NCBI RefSeq assembly: GCF_009914755.1
Contig: NC_060947.1
Length of the DNA: 64,000 nt
From: the human T2T-CHM13v2.0 reference genome, Homo sapiens
Direction: 5' to 3' (one strand)
This document shows positions 26,490-42,271 of this stretch, piece by piece. The position numbers and the translations under genes were made by a program. The notes below the pieces were generated by a model. The model worked only from the letters and a program-made list of their open reading frames with translations, was not told the DNA's origin and did no database searches. Within the stretch, counting starts at the first letter, position 1, and every line of letters starts with the position of its first letter.

Positions 26490-29400
26490 TCAGAAAGAAA
26501 AGGTTATAATTTAACTTTCAAGAGAATGCAGTTCTTCCTTTCCCTTTGTTTTTAGAAGGACGTATAAGTTTTCTCTTTCCAAAGCTTTGACTTTGGATTT
26601 GAAGGCCATTATGATGGCCACGGAGAGGGAAAATATTGATTTGCATGTGCCCAACATGCACTAGGCTATGATACTATGTTTGGAAAACTGGAACAACTAT
26701 TCTGAAGCTGTCTGTAGAATAAGACGGTTGATGGCAAAAATCCTGCCCCACTCCCAAATTGTAGCTCATGCCAATAAAGAACTAGAGACAAAGGTGACTG
26801 ACTTCAAAGAGATAGCAAACAACCATCCTGTTTTGCAGGTACACTCACCACTTCTGATTAAGTTCCAAAATTTTTGGTGCTGATCCCCTCCCAAACTGTC
26901 TACTCCGTTTAAAACATTAAATTATACGTAGGCAAGCAAACACAGTCAGGTAAGATTGAAAATTAATAATGAAAACAACCAGATCCTACATCATCACCCA
27001 GTGTAGACAGCATTTCTTTAAAAATGCATTATGACTTAGAGTGGGGTAGTAGCAGACCTTCACTGTCCATCTACACCATTGTCTTCACACAGCTCTACTA
27101 AATTTAAGAATAAAGATTTCAAATCACTTCACTGTAGTGCATTATTGCAGTCTCTTTATATACTAGCCCAGAGACCACTGTAACTTTTTAATGTAAAACA
27201 AGCTTGTGGTGATGCCCTTAAAAAGGTAGTCTTCTAAGTAACTGTGAGCAATTTCTTGCTAATTTTTTTTTAATAATGTGCTTTTCCTTTGATTAGCATA
27301 TGATTGAAAGAAATCTGTCCTTTCCCCTCATATCTCACATAGAATAGTATACAGAGCTAAAGATCAAAATTAAAAGTTCTTAACTTCTTTGTGAACATTG
27401 ATAATAAAAACGAAATTTCAAAAGCATAATGACACCATTCTGTTCTCTTGGATCTGTGGTTGCCTCAGATCAATGGTTCCCAAGTGGAGGGTCAGGTTGT
27501 GCAAGGTACTGGAATGGAGATGTAAGACCAGGTAAACATTATTACCCAAGATGGAGGCTTCTTTTCAGAGCAGGTGAGTAAAGTCATAAACCTTTATACT
27601 TTCCATGTGTATGGATGTAAAGGTCTAGAAGAGGAAAGGGGGTCAATGAAAACTTCTTTTGCTTCTTCTACCCCCAGTCTCAAATTTTCCAATTTTTTCA
27701 GGAATAAAAAGTCCTCTGGGAAAATCCATTTCATCTTTCCCCAGGTCTTCACACATCTATCCATTAGAGCCTGTCAGATCTTCTGAGGAATTTATGGTTT
27801 TTTATTTTTATTAAAGCATATCTCTGGCTATTTCTTCTATCTATTTAATATCAGTACTCTTACGAATCTCTTTCTGCTAAAAATGCGACCAGGGTAGCTG
27901 TTTAAAAACTAACACAATACTTGCCTCCCATACTGTGTGGGAAATAACTACGTATATAGCTGAGAAGAAATATGAGCGCTTAGCTATCAGGCATTTCCAG
28001 GATAAAGGACATCTACTAATCTCTCCAGTGCCTGATGAGACAATGACAAATTTGCAAAATTTCCTGTATACTGACTTCCTGATCAGTAGCTTTGAATTTT
28101 TTTTTCCTTTGACAATATCAGATTCCTCATAATTTGTTTTTTAAAAGATACACAGCATAAGTAATTTATACTCCATCATCCACTGAAGTGAATTTTGAAT
28201 CTTCAACTCTATTTATCAAAAACCCGTCATGTTAAAATTGAAAAGAATTTTGGTGTTTATTAAGGTGTCTAGTCAAAATTGTGATAGGAAGAATGTCTCC
28301 CTATCTGTGAGATGAGAGTGTCAGACAAAATTAATGATATTTAACTGGCAAGGGGTGGGGAGCGGGGCTGCAAAGTTTATCAGAATTTCAACAAATACGT
28401 TTTGGAAAAAGAACAGCTCCCCAGGTAATTTTTATTCTAATTGAACTAGATAACCTCTAATAAGCATTCTAGTTCTGACAAACTGTGGCTACATACTAAG
28501 ATTTTTAAAAGTGATTTAGGCAAATGGGGTTAATTTAGACACTTAAGTCCTTTCTTTATAGGAGTACATCCTGTGTTCTTGAACAAAAATATCAGATTTT
28601 TAATGTCTAGTAATTTAATAATTAAAAGAAGTTAAGACTGATTGTATGGTATGTGAATGGTATCACAATAAAGCTGTGTGTGTATGGATACAAAGGACAT
28701 ATTGGCCAAAACAAAAATTACTCACGAATAAGACTGCTTTATTTACTCTGCATTTTGAGAAGGTCCTACCATCAAATTTGATAAGAAAAAAACCCCAAAT
28801 TCTCCAATTTTGATTTAGTACCACATTTACAACTTTTAATTCTTTTCTGGGTTCCTATGACTCTGAACAATTGAAAGCCCCTGTAAATTGAACTGTAAGT
28901 ATAGTGGTTTTAAAGTGAATTCTTTTTATGAACTTTTTTCATAGGTCAAAAATACTCCCACAAAGCTACAAAGCCCAAACCAGAGTGACTCATTTTTTTC
29001 AGCTAGTAGAATTAGGAGAATGGTAATAATGTTCTTAACAAAATCATAGTAGCTTTCTTTCTGTTACCTCTTGAGCAACAGCATTTTCTTTACTCCTAGA
29101 ACCACAAGCCACTAAATAGTCATACTGAACAATCAAAACAGGAGAAGGAGAACATGGCCTGCTGTGGAGAATGACCAATTCTGGCCAACCTGTGGAAATC
29201 ACTGGCTTTGCAATGAAATGAGCACCAAAACTAATTCCATATTGTTTCAGGGAGGCATCTGTCACAGCTACAACTCCAAAATGTAACCCTCATGCATAAT
29301 TGAATCTTCCCTTATACATATTGGAGAATCCTCTGGCCCAGCAACATCCCAAGAGACAAAGGCTATAGTTGCAATTATAAACTAGATAAAAGATCAGCGA

Positions 29401-31760
29401 ACCAGGGAACTGGGATTCCCCGAAGCAGATCTTTAAAACACTACCACGGTAACTTTCTACGTATGGATGAGGGGGCAGCATGTGGGAATACTATGTCACT
29501 AAACATACCCCTAACTAATCCTGCCACTGTTTGAAGTACAGCCAGGTGGGTACAAACTGGAAACTTGCAAATCTAGCCTTATGGGTCTGCAGGTCATTTT
29601 CAAAATTACTAGATGGTCTATGAAAAAAATGCTTTCGAGGTCCATCAGTTGCGATAATATTCTTTTAATCAAGACTACTTTTGCTAAGCAAAGCTAAAAA
29701 TCAACCCCAATGGTAGTAAATTAAATGTAGGACTTATAGATAAGAGGATATGGAATTAAGCAGAGCTGTATCTGTGTGTGCTGATAGAACATTAAGACCA
29801 GTTCAACGGATTCATATTTCATGCTAAAAAGAAAGCCATATTTATTCTGAACCATTCCATAGCAAGTGATTTTTATTAATGCTATTATACAATCTTTTGT
29901 TTTTAACATTGTTCAGAATGATTAAATATCAAGATTAATGTTAAGACCCTAAAATATATCTTGATTATTCTGGGGTTGATTATCCAGTTTAGGGATTATG
30001 CATCCCCAGCTCCACCTGGCCTCAGCCCCATCCTCTTTCGTCTCTTGTCCATTTCTCTATTTTTTCACTCCTCTATCAGATAGCACGTGGTCACAGAAAG
30101 AAGAGGTACACACAAATTAATCAATTTTGCTACACAGTAAAAGGTTTGGTAGGAGAAGAGATTATAAATAATGGCTAAAATTAAGCTTTGAGACTGTCTG
30201 CAGATTTCATTTATCCTTGTTATCTAGTCCCGTGTTAGAAATGTGGCTTCATTTAAAACTATTATCCTCTAATGCAGTGACCCTCAACACAAGAGCATTT
30301 TTTAAAAGTACCTTCTCCCATATTATATTCCTTGTAATTGCACAGTCAAAGCTTAATATACCCTAGTCTGTCTAATAAGGCAAGTGTTAGCCTTGTGATC
30401 CACAAGCAGCACTACAAAAGAGTCTCACTTTTACTTGTGAGCCTTGTCAGCAAGCCAACAATCTGAATATGCTAAAACATGAAAAAGAGTCATCTGGCTA
30501 AAAGCATAAATGAGTATAAAATGTGCTCTGGCTAAGTTGAGTAGCCTCCATGTAAACTTCTGACAGTTTGGGTCCACAATTATCTCCATAGTCCTGACCC
30601 TCAAAGCTAAATCTTCCCAATTACATCCTGGCCAACAGAATCACTCTACTACCTTGGGTGGCATCCTGTTTTAGCAAATACCATGGTCAGTCCCATTCTT
30701 CCCCATTTTCAGAACCAAATGCTGGGTTTCCCTGTAATAATATGGCCATGGCTTACTCTACTCATTTTCAGTGAGTTCATCTGAATAGCATAAGAAATAT
30801 CAGGAGGTCAAAGAATCGAAAGTTGTTTGACATGTCTTTTTGGATGAAATCATTTGGCAAAATATGCTTTGCAATTAACAAAGCATCCAGTTACTGGCCA
30901 TTCACATAAGACTGACCTGCCACGCTCAATATGCCAGTCCAATTGAAGTGAATGAAAGGACACTGTTCCTAATGAGAGGAGCTCAGGATGTTTGGCACAC
31001 CCCCTAACCTTTAGAGGCTGGTATCACAGAAGGAATGCATGCTCTCTCACAAAACAACCCTGGGTACCACAGCCAGAAACAAACACTGTATTGGACAGTC
31101 CATGGGTCTGACCCAGAGTCTGGTGTTTCTGACATTCTTAGGAGGAAAAAACTATGTGCTATATCTCCTAACAGCACAAAACTCATGGTGCAGCATGGTC
31201 CACTCTTGAACTTATTGCCCCACAGTTCCTTCTGCCCTACTACTCCAGCTTAGCCTTTTGAAAACAGAAACTCTTCCTTTTCCTAGTGAAAGCAAATTCA
31301 ACATAAAAGAGAAAAATACTTCGAACTTAGGCCTACTCCAAGTTTCTCTTGGATAATTCTTTGAGCTAGAAAAGTTAAGAATTTAATCATAGAAGCTGAT
31401 AAGGATTTGTACAGATCCTAATGAACCACTTTCCCCAAATCTGATACTACCAAAAAAAAAAATTTAGATGACATATTATCTCGATCTGCCCATCAAATCC
31501 TCACAGTTGTTACTCTGCATCACTTCAACCTGACCACCAATTTGAAAAGCAATTCTGGAGTTCTGAAGGTACATATCTATCTAACATGATCCCTTCATAA
31601 TCTGGCCAAATTGTAAATTTTTATAACAATGTTGCTGCGATTCAGCTTTTGTTTTTGCTGAGTATTATTTACTCTTGTAAACCTTAGAAACTGTAAACAT
31701 GCATCTTTTTTTCTGGTTTATAAAAGGAGGACATATGTCTTACAAAAAAATTCCCTTTAG

Positions 31761-31907
31761 AGCCAGGCAGAGTGGCTCGAGCCTGTTGTCCCAGCTACTT
31801 GGGAGGCTGAGGCAGGAGGATCACTTGAAGCCAGGAGTCTGAGACCAGCCTCGACAACAGAGCAAGACTCTGTCTCTAAAAAACAAACAAACAAACAAAC
31901 AAATAAA
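31761..31907 (+). mobile_element. Free Alu monomer (FLAM-like) with (AAAC)n tail
   Basis: Single ~120-bp Alu arm followed by aaacaaacaaac; degenerate TSD (ccctttag/ccttttag). Confidence 0.8.
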
Positions 31908-33599
31908 GCATCCTTTTAGGAAAGCATAAAGGAGAAAATAAAGATGGCCTGTAATCCTAGTACCATCCGACTAGAGATAACTCTTATCTTAGTGACGTAA
32001 AAATTATTTTTCTCCTGAACCAACTGAGATACCACCACAGACTATATTTTAGGCTGTTTTTATACATTATCTGACCAGTTCCTATACCTGTCTTTATTTT
32101 CAAATATCCTTTGAGATGCGTTTAGAAGCAGAATACCAGAAACATGAATCAAAAAGGATAATTGATTACAAAGTCATCACCTGAGCATGACTAACCTTTT
32201 AACGTACTCTACTATAAAACCTCTGCTTCATCATCTGTCTCAGCTGAAGTTTTTCTTTTTTTCTCAGTTGTTACTTTATGAAAAAGGTCCCCTTGACCAA
32301 AATACATATGTGTTGCTCTTCTTTAAAATCCCTGCAGATTAGTCACCTTTGGCTTAGATATTAGTTCAGTCTCCATGAACCAATTCTTGGCTTTTACAGA
32401 GCTTACCAAAGGACTAATTAGGGCCAATTTTGATTTATGTAGGAGACAGACTACTTGTCTATCAGGAACAAAAGCCTGCCAACTTATTTCACAAAAGCCA
32501 CTGAACAACGATCTGGTAACATTTATTTTAATAGCTGACACACAGCTTTAAAATACCTGATCTCTCTAATAGTCACCATGAAATTTTAGTAAAATTTTAA
32601 ATAAAGTATGGCTAATGAAGAGGTGCTTTGAAAAACTCTGAAGCCAAACATGTTTATATATCTTTTGCAATGAAGGAAATTGATCTTACTCTAAGATTTT
32701 GCAGAGAACAAGTGACAGCTCAGAGTGCAATTAAGGGGAAAAAACCCCCAATTCTCTGTAATGATTAATTATAATGAGCATCCCATAAAAACTTAACATC
32801 CTAAAGCTTCCCAAGAAATGTTCAGGCAGCACAGGTGACCTTTAAATAAAAAGCGTGCTTTCTATCAAAGTTAGAAAAATGCATTCCTTCCATTTCTTAA
32901 AAAAGGGAATAAGGGAGTGAATTTACAGACAAGAAAACTAAAGTTATAAAATTTTCTCAAAACCTAGAGATGTGACTTAGTTTACTTTCCAAAGGCTAGT
33001 GGGGACAGGGTGGGCGGGGGGAAGAAATCACCTCCTAGCAAACATGCCTAATATGAAATAATGCTGTTTGCCTAATAAGAAATTAAGAAAAATAAAATTG
33101 TATTCATTAGAACTGTACATTGAGTATCTGACTCAATACAGTTTAACTTAGTCTACAAAAGAAATTTGTTCCTAAAAAGTTACATGTGGGTTGAGTTTAC
33201 ATAAATGAATTAATCTTAAAGTCAAGAGGAAAACAATAACATTCTATAGTGAGTTCTTCTACAAAGCAAAATACGTATTCATAAAGTGAATCGCTCCCTA
33301 ATGTATTTGCCTAATTTAGACTTAAATATATAATGTTGACTTAAAACAGGATGATACAGTAATTAAATGGAGACATTAATGGCTTAGAGCATTTTTCTTC
33401 CTCAAGGGAATTCTTTTTGTGAACAGGAAATCTAGAAGGTACAACTTAAAAACTGGACTGTTTTTCACGTTTGTTGCCTACATTTAACTTGGCAATGGCC
33501 ACTTTGAAAGTTAGGGACCTCTTCTTAAGACTTCTAAATGGCTAGTGGTGATTCATTCTCTGGACAATGAAACAGAAGCCATCTTTTAAAAAGGAGTAT

Positions 33600-33765
33600 G
33601 TCACAGAATCATATTCTGTCAGAGTCCAAAGAGATCTTAGGTATCACTTAGTCCAACTTCTTCAGGTTCCTGAAGAAACTGAGGCCCAGAAAGCTCACAG
33701 AGCTGGGCAGTGGCAGTCAGGAACAGAACCCAGGTCTCCTTATTCCCAAAATTCAGCATTCTTTT
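33600..33765 (-). mobile_element. MIR fragment
   Basis: gaagaaactgaggcccagaaag...gaacagaacccaggtctcct. Confidence 0.6.
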
Positions 33766-36700
33766 AATTAAATGCTGGGGACACACACACACACACACAC
33801 ACAGGCAAATCATACATGAAATAATAGCTATAACAAAAGTACTAGGGAAGGGGCAGGGAGTTTATGGAATTCTGGGGAAGCAGCAGGCTAACTTCCTCCA
33901 ACCAATAAACATGCTGCGAGTAAAACTGGAGACAACTTGAGGCGGCCTGAGAAGGGACTAATCAGCAGCGCATTTTGCTAAGAGAACCAACAGCTAATGG
34001 AAATTTGTATGCATTAAATCACCTTCTAAGAAGTTACTTTACTTTGTACAGCTTGCTTCCCCACTAGGCTTCTTATACATTGACTTGTTGATGCACAGCA
34101 AACTCTTTCTAGATGGCCAGGAAGCCTGAAGCCTTCCTTTCCCAACACTCCACGGCACTTAAAAAAAAAAAAAACATTTAAAGTAGAGCATCAAGAAAGG
34201 ACTAATCTTAATGATAGTGACATCTTATAAAAAAACTCAACGTCCCTGGGAAAATATGTACTGTGAAAAGCATTTTCCTGGATATATGAAGCTCATATTT
34301 TTTAAGTTAGAAGAGAGAAAAAACATGATGTATATCATAGTTGGGAAAAACTAACCAAGAGGGGAAACATAACATATACAACCAGAAGTCATTTCGCTGG
34401 GTGACTTCATGAGTCATGCTTACCATCTGTGTATGAATGGGAACTCTGTTTTCAATGGCACATTAAGAGGAGCTAAAAAATGTAAACCTTTAAGGGGGGA
34501 GTGAGGGTGAAAAGAACATTAACTTCTAAAATATGTGGGAGATAATGACAGTAGCCAATTTATTCATCTCATCTGTTTACTCTCACGAAGGTTGTTACAA
34601 AAGCACCCTATTATTAACTGCAACTGAACACGTCAGAATTGAGCTGTGATCACTCAAGAGGTGTGCCTTGGAGGTTGCTTTTAAAGTGAAACACAGCTTT
34701 CTGAGTACCAGGAGTCCAACGAGGCTCAAATACAATGACAGATGCTTTGGTACTTTAGGGACAGAGTGAGATCAGGGGCCTGAGGTATAGCTTTATAGTC
34801 CAGGGACAGATTTTTGGCATCATACAATAACTGTGCTGGCCAGCCCCACCCAGCATGGGTTGATTCCATGTACGTATTGTGTGCTCCAATGGAACAGTCT
34901 GTCTTGGGACCACAATGTATTGCCCAGGTGACAGCTGTATAGAAAAAGTGAGATACCAGTGATCCAGGTAGCCAGATATAGGAGAAAGTGACTAATGGTT
35001 TGTGAAAATGTCATTAATCTTTTGAAATCTGATCTAAGGAGTTACTTTAGAATACAGAGAATATTTTTACTTCATGCCTTCAAGTGATCTTGTCTCTAAA
35101 GCACAGAAGTAAAAGACGCTTGATTACAATTTAGAAAATATTTTGACTTCTGTCAGCAAATTGCTACATTAGCTTCCACAAAATCACTGGTAACATACTT
35201 GCTATACGAATTCTTCTACAAACAAAAAGTTTATTCATTTATATCATCCTGAAAATGAGCACCTATGAGGTGACACACATAGAATCACCCCTCAAGTCAA
35301 GCTCCAGTCCATTGTAATGTCTGGTTTTATATCCTTTCAGATTTTTAAAAAGGAAACATGGCTCCCAAACAGTTTAACTCTACAAGTTCCAGGCTATGTC
35401 ATTTTGGCAGGCTCCAACATGCTGCATGAGTTTTTCTTTCTTTACAAAGCACCATGTCTGTCAATCACCCTGTCATTCAGAATTAAGAAAATGATGTCAA
35501 CTGAAGAACACAGAACAATGGTGATGAGTTTCCGTGTTCAAACACAAAGCATATCATGTCAGATTTATCTAGGGGAGCAATTTTCCTCATTTAACAACCA
35601 TTTTAGCCTTGCAGGTAGACATTCCAATTTATCAGCTAATGAAATTTTTCCTCAAATTATTCACTCTTCATCCTTCTCATACCTACTAGGACAATAAGTA
35701 CATCATGATGTGGGCAATGATCAGTTATTCTTGGAAGGGTGGGGCCACTGCTCTAATTTGTCCTTACTGCCTTTTGTGGATGGCTGTTATTTTTAATGAC
35801 TGCCCAGATTCCTTCAGAGGCTACCCATAAACACTTATTTTAAATGTTATAATTACTATTCTGAGGAAATAGAACATATGGAAGCATTATTGATTAGTCT
35901 GTCAATTCAATATTGACTTGAAATTAGTTACAGCCATTTGTAAAACCATTTGTCAAACATCCCTCACATTATCAAACAGAAGCACTCTAGCTCCTAAAAC
36001 AAGGTCTAAAGTAAATCCTACTTTCCTACTAACTTCCATTATAAAATTAGAGACATGTTATCAGAAGAAAGTTCCCAAATAGACCGAGTTAAAAACCTTG
36101 CATGAAAAAGACAGTAAGATGGTAGCCAGACGCGTGGCAATTCATTTGTTTCCTGATCATCTGAAAACTGGGTGGCTATTACCACTGATCGTGGTCACGT
36201 TCCTCATCCTCATGACCACAGGGATATCTGTCTTGGTAGCGAAGATATCTACCTCTATGCTTTGGGACTTCTAGACTTTGCCCTCTTCCTGCTTTAATCT
36301 GGGCATTTTCATCCCTTTAATTAGGAATTCCACTGCAGTAACACACTTAACCAGTGGGGGTCAATTCTCAAACTGTACTTCCACCAGAAAAGTGCTACGT
36401 TAGAAGCTTCTGTTTGTATAAAACATGCTCATTATCTATCTTCAACTTTAACATTCTGTATTAAAATTCTGTAATAATCTCCTTGTTTTCCCCTGTGGCA
36501 TAAACATACACAGGACTTCACATTTCAGGTTAAAATTGCATACTTATGGTGAATAGGATATTTTTTCTTGGAAGAAAAGTTGTACCTATTAGTGTGAAAA
36601 TTCTCGTGAAGCATATACTTTCATAATATAGACTGACTTCTCAAAAAGGAAATTCAAAATATAATTTACTTATATACAAAGATAAACCATAAAGACTTCC

Positions 36701-36999
36701 CCACAATCTTTTAAATAGTGATTGCATATTCAATATGATCTGTTATGTAACCAAATATTCAGATTTATTGATACAAAGACAGATAAAGAATGGAAAAAAA
36801 ATTTTAAAAAGTCTTAGTATAATATATAAAAGATAATGGAAAGAAATATTCCAAAATGTTAACAGTAGTTATTCTCAGAATGGTGTAATTATAAATGACT
36901 CACATTTCTCTCATTATATGTTTTTAATTTAAAAAATTTTCTTCTTTGATAAGTTAAAATTGCTATTATGAACAGAATATATGTATAAAGTTTATTTTC

Positions 37000-37545
37000 C
37001 ATTTTTATTGTAGTAAAATACACATAAAATTTGCCATTTTAACAATTTTAAAGTGTACAATTCAGTGGTATTAAATACATTCACAATATTGTACAACCAC
37101 CACCACTATCTGGTTCCAGAACTTTCTCACCACTCCAAATGGCAACCCTGTACCATTAAGTAGTCACTTCCCATTTACCCCTCCCCCTAGCCCCTAGCAA
37201 CTATTAATCTGCTTTCTATCTCTATGGATTTGCTCATTCTGGATATCTCACATAAATGGAGTCATACGGAATGTGGCTTTCTGTGTTTCACTTCTTTCAC
37301 TTAGCATAATGTATTCATGGTTCATTCATGTTGTAGCATGTATTTCACTTCTTTTTATGGCTGAGTAATGTTCAATTGTATGAATATAACATATTCTATT
37401 TATCCATTCATCTGTTGATAAACATTTGGGATGTTTCCACCTTCTGGCTATTGTGAACAGTGCTGTTATGAACATTCATGCACAAGTTTTTGTTTCAACA
37501 CTTCAATTCTTTTGGGTATATACCTAGAAGTGAAATTGTGTCAAC
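37000..37545 (-). mobile_element. L1MB-like 3' end
   Basis: tttttattgtagtaaaatacacataaaatttgccattttaac...ttccaccttctggctattgtgaacagtgctg. Confidence 0.8.
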
Positions 37546-37889
37546 GTATAATTTTTTAATGCCTTTAATTCCATTTTGGCATTCTGTGTTTAGTAATGCT
37601 TTTTCAGAATCATTAAGGATAACCCTTAGAATATCATTCCCACAATACTATTACTCCATTTTCAATCACTGAGTAAGGTACATATTTTTTTAAGACCAAA
37701 TCACATTCTTGTACTTAAAAATATAATTTCCACCCTTATTCGTTGTATACAAATTTCTCTTCTGCCAAATACCTGAAACAATGATGAACTAACTGAAAAG
37801 GATGGGCTTTTCCTCTTAGCATAGCCATTCTAACAGTAACTAATTCACTTTCAAATACTTGTATATTAAAAGTAAAAAAAAAAAATGGG

Positions 37890-38184
37890 GGCCAGGCACG
37901 GTGGCTCACGCCTGTAATCCCAGCACTTTGGGAGGCCGAGGTGGGTGGATCACGAGGTCAGGAGATCGAGACCATCCTGGATAACACGGTGAAACCCCAT
38001 CTCTACTAAAAATACAAAAAATTAGCCAGTCATAGTGGTGGGCGCCTGTAGTCCCAGCTACTCAGGAGGCTGAGGCAGGAGAATGGCGTGAACCCAGGAG
38101 GCGGAGCTTGCAGTGTACTGAGATCACGCCACTGCAGTCCAGCCTGGGCGACTGAGCGAGACTCTGTCTCGAAAAAAAAAAAAA
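37890..38184 (+). mobile_element. AluY
   Basis: gtcaggagatcgagaccatcctgg..aacacggtg and agaatggcgtgaacccaggaggcggagcttgcag diagnostics; A tail. Confidence 0.93.
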
Positions 38185-40416
38185 GTGTATTTTTTGCTTC
38201 AATAGGGAACTAATACTTAATAGAAATTAATATTTAAGCCCCCTAAAATATATTAAATACACAATACCAAGTAGGAACAATATAGAATCTTCTGGAAATT
38301 CAGGCTGGCAGATGGTGACCAAAGAGGATAAATATGCCTTGAAAGAGTATATAGTGGAGTACACAGTACTACTTCTTAAGGGCTTTACATCCCACTCTCC
38401 TAACAAACAGAAAGCTGATGTATCTTTTGGACATAATAGTCCAATAATATCAAGGTTAATTTTAGCTGTAGATAGTGCTTTAACTGGGCTAAAGATGATG
38501 ATGATGTACTCGGTGCTTAACCATGCCTATGTAACAGCTGTTGTATTCTCCCCTTTTTCCTTCCCCCAAAACACATGCACACACATTTATGTAATACTAG
38601 TATGTTCATGTTTGTGACACACACACATGCACACACACAGAAACACACATGCCAGAACTGTACTTCCAACTCAGTAGCTGCAAGAGTAGAAGTGTTCTTG
38701 TAGCTTGGTCATCCCCCTTGGATCTCAGGCTTTTCCCATATAATCACTCCCATCCCCACTACTACATACACAACACCCTGCAATCCAGAAAGCAAAAGTA
38801 AATCTGGCTGCGGAAGAGGAAACAGCAGCCTTAAAACAGTAAAAGAACCACCCAGACTATAATATATGTTAATAAGTAGGGAACATGATTTGGGGCTGTT
38901 TAAAAATAAAGTACTAAGGAATATTTCCATAATATTTGTAGACTTTTCTTTAAGAAAAATCAAGTAAGAACAACAAACTTATAGCAAATAATAAATCAGA
39001 AATTTCAAGTTTACAAAAGGTTTTCTACATTCCAACTTTGGTAGGAACAACAGTATAAATTTATTTTATTTCTTCCTTTGCAAAAATCCTAAGATGTGTT
39101 CATATTCTGATAATGCTCCAGAAAATCTTAGCACAAAACCCAGAGGGGACTCTAGCATTGTACTCTCTGTAGAAAAGTTTTTTTTCACCCCACCCCCTAA
39201 AACTTTTTAAATAGCTCTGGTATAACAACAATAATTTATATCATAGAGTTTTTTTTCAAATGAAGAACCTTATAAATGTCTTATTCTGTATATTGGAAAA
39301 CTGAATTGCAGTGGAGTAAGTAAATTGTTCAAAGTCTCACAAGGAATCAGGGCAAAGCCAAAATTAAATTCAAGTCTAATAAACTGTGAAGACAGTGATC
39401 TGTCTCCAAGGCAGAATAGTTCAGTTACTATGGGGGATGGTCCTTCTAAAACAGCAGAAGAATTAAAATCTGTCATAAGGATACAATAATGCCATTTATG
39501 AGTGTATGTGTGAGAGAGAATGTTATGTTTATCACTGAGTTCCCATTGTTTCATTCTCATAGCACTTATTTCTTCATACTTTCTATACACATTTACTCGC
39601 CACTAAATTATGACATGCTTCATGGTGGGAACCAAATCTTACCACTTTTATACATGGAGCACATTGCCTGGAATAAAACAGGCATTCAGTAATATGGGCA
39701 TGCTTGTGTGTAAAATTTCATAGACCCAATAGACCTACACTCAACATCTCCTCCCAGCCACCAAAGCAAATCATGGTGAGAACCTTTGAACTTCACTAAC
39801 AATGTTAGCCAACCCCATGTACTAAAGAAGAATAAAAATATGATCAATATAAGCTACTCTAACAATAGCAATGCACAGAGATACCCTAGAAATAACCTTA
39901 GTATTATTTGTTAGAGTGTTTAAGTGTATAAACTAAGGTAGCCAAGAATGAATTCACATTATTTAACTCTAGTTAATCAATACCTTGTTGTTATCACAAG
40001 CTGATTCCCCCAAATGGTGTATTATCCTAAATATTTCTTCTTGTTTCTGAGATGTATCCTCTGACCAACTAGTTACTTAGTGGCGGTTATACCAGAGTGC
40101 ACCAGAATGAAAGTAAGAGGAGAAATAAATTCCAGTCAGTCCTTCTTATTACTTATTAACAGCTTTTATGAGGTGCTTTGGTGAGGTAGTAGGAGAAAAA
40201 TGAAAACCAAATTCAGTTTGGGGATTATAACAACACGTGGCACTTTGTCCTTTAAAAAACTCATTTACTTATATCTCGTTCAGTTGTGAGGTTTATTCAT
40301 CCATATTACTCTCGACCTCCATTACAATAGAGAATGGGCTGAAAGAGTTATTTTCTGGGCCTAATTTTTAACATCTCCTCAAGAGTTACCTTCATTTTTC
40401 TTTAAAAATTTTTCTA

Positions 40417-40641
<225 letters not shown>

Positions 40642-40934
40642 TCAGTAAGATGTCAAAGGTACCAACAAGCTTCAAATGTATTCAAATTCCCCAAAGATTT
40701 TAGAAGTCACCTTTTTTTTCATTTAATAGATTGTGTTTGCTAGCCAATCTTGTGACCACTTCAATTGTAAAGAGAGAATCATCAATTACATTTCCTGTAC
40801 AGCCATTTCCTGATGTCTTTCCCTGCTACTTGTAGAATCTAAGAATGTTTTATTTTGCTTTTGAGAAGAATAAAAACTAGACTAGTGGAAACTTGTAGGA
40901 AGATTTCTGGATCTAGTGCTGGTGGCAGTAAAAT

Positions 40935-41010
40935 TATATATATATGTGTGTGTATATGTGTGTGTGTATGTATACATATATATGTATACAAACATACACA
41001 TATATACAAT
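40935..41010. repeat. Compound (TA)/(TG)/(CA) microsatellite
   Basis: tatatatatgtgtgtgtatatgtgtgtgtgtatgtatacatatatatgtatac. Confidence 0.85.
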
Positions 41011-41408
41011 ATTGTTTTAAAAAAGATTATACTAGGAAGGCCAGTCACCATAGAACAGCACTCAAAGAATTCAAAGGAAGATCAAAATTTCATTTTCTTC
41101 AATTAAAAAAAAAACAAAGAAAAGAAATAATCATGCAAATTATAGACTAAAAATACTCATAAGAATTTCAGGCCCCCAATAAAGGATAATTTAACATATG
41201 ACTCAAAAATTGTGAAACTACAGGAAATAGGGCTAATCTAGGAAATAAAAGTATGATTAGGAGACCATTAATCATGTCAATGAATTTCTGAGTACATCAA
41301 CTCTGATTGGATCCTGTAATCAAGTGTAGGATATCATAGTGCCAAACTCTAGAAAACCCCACTGTAAAATGTGGAAAAACCATAATTCTTCCTGCAACGG
41401 AATAGAAA

Positions 41409-41410
<2 letters not shown>

Positions 41411-41452
<42 letters not shown>
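41411..41452. repeat. (AC)21 microsatellite
   Basis: Perfect dinucleotide run. Confidence 0.95.
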
Positions 41453-41455
<3 letters not shown>

Positions 41456-42271
41456 GTGTGTTCCTTATACTTTTAAAAGAAACCACTTCCTGATTAAGAA
41501 AAACAAACATACCTCTGATTGCCTACTATATTAATGGCACTACTGGTATTCATAACATCCATCTTCAAATGTCCTAGATAGTAGCCAGGCTTAGAAATAT
41601 TTTCATGGATTTATCCTCAGAGGTTACAAACTCAGACTCTACAAACTGCTTGGGTCATAACATAGTTCCATAGACTTGGAAAGAATTTAATTCCTTTTTC
41701 AGTGACTTTCTCACTGCTGAATTTTCTTTTTTTCATTTTCCCATCCCTTTGTTTGCATTTTGAAGCTCATCCACTGCGTTTTTATATTTGCACCACATTT
41801 TGGTGCTCATTTTATCCTGCTATACAAAGGAAAATGCTTATAGGAAGATACAGAGATGTTATATATGTATAAAAGTATATATGTTTTTCCCATTCAAGAT
41901 GCCAAGATTAACCAAGAAAATCAGGAAATCTGTGATAATTCATACTCTGAGAACAGCATTTCACTATTTTATAATTTAATTACGTAAATTTCCTATGGTT
42001 TGGCTTCTTTTATTTTCCTACTGACAAATAAAAGTTTTAAAAAATACTTCCAAGTTCTCATTCAAAGCCAAGATAAAGACGTGTGTGTGTAACCACCCGC
42101 ATCCCCCAACGCCACACAGGAAAGAAGTTCTAAAATACAGACCAGAAGAATTATATGCATAAAAAACAAAAGGCCAATCACATTTTCAGTTTTACTGTTA
42201 AAAGAAGAAAAAGAGTAAAAGACACATCATTCATTAGAATAATATAAAATATAATCTTAGGGGGTTATGGA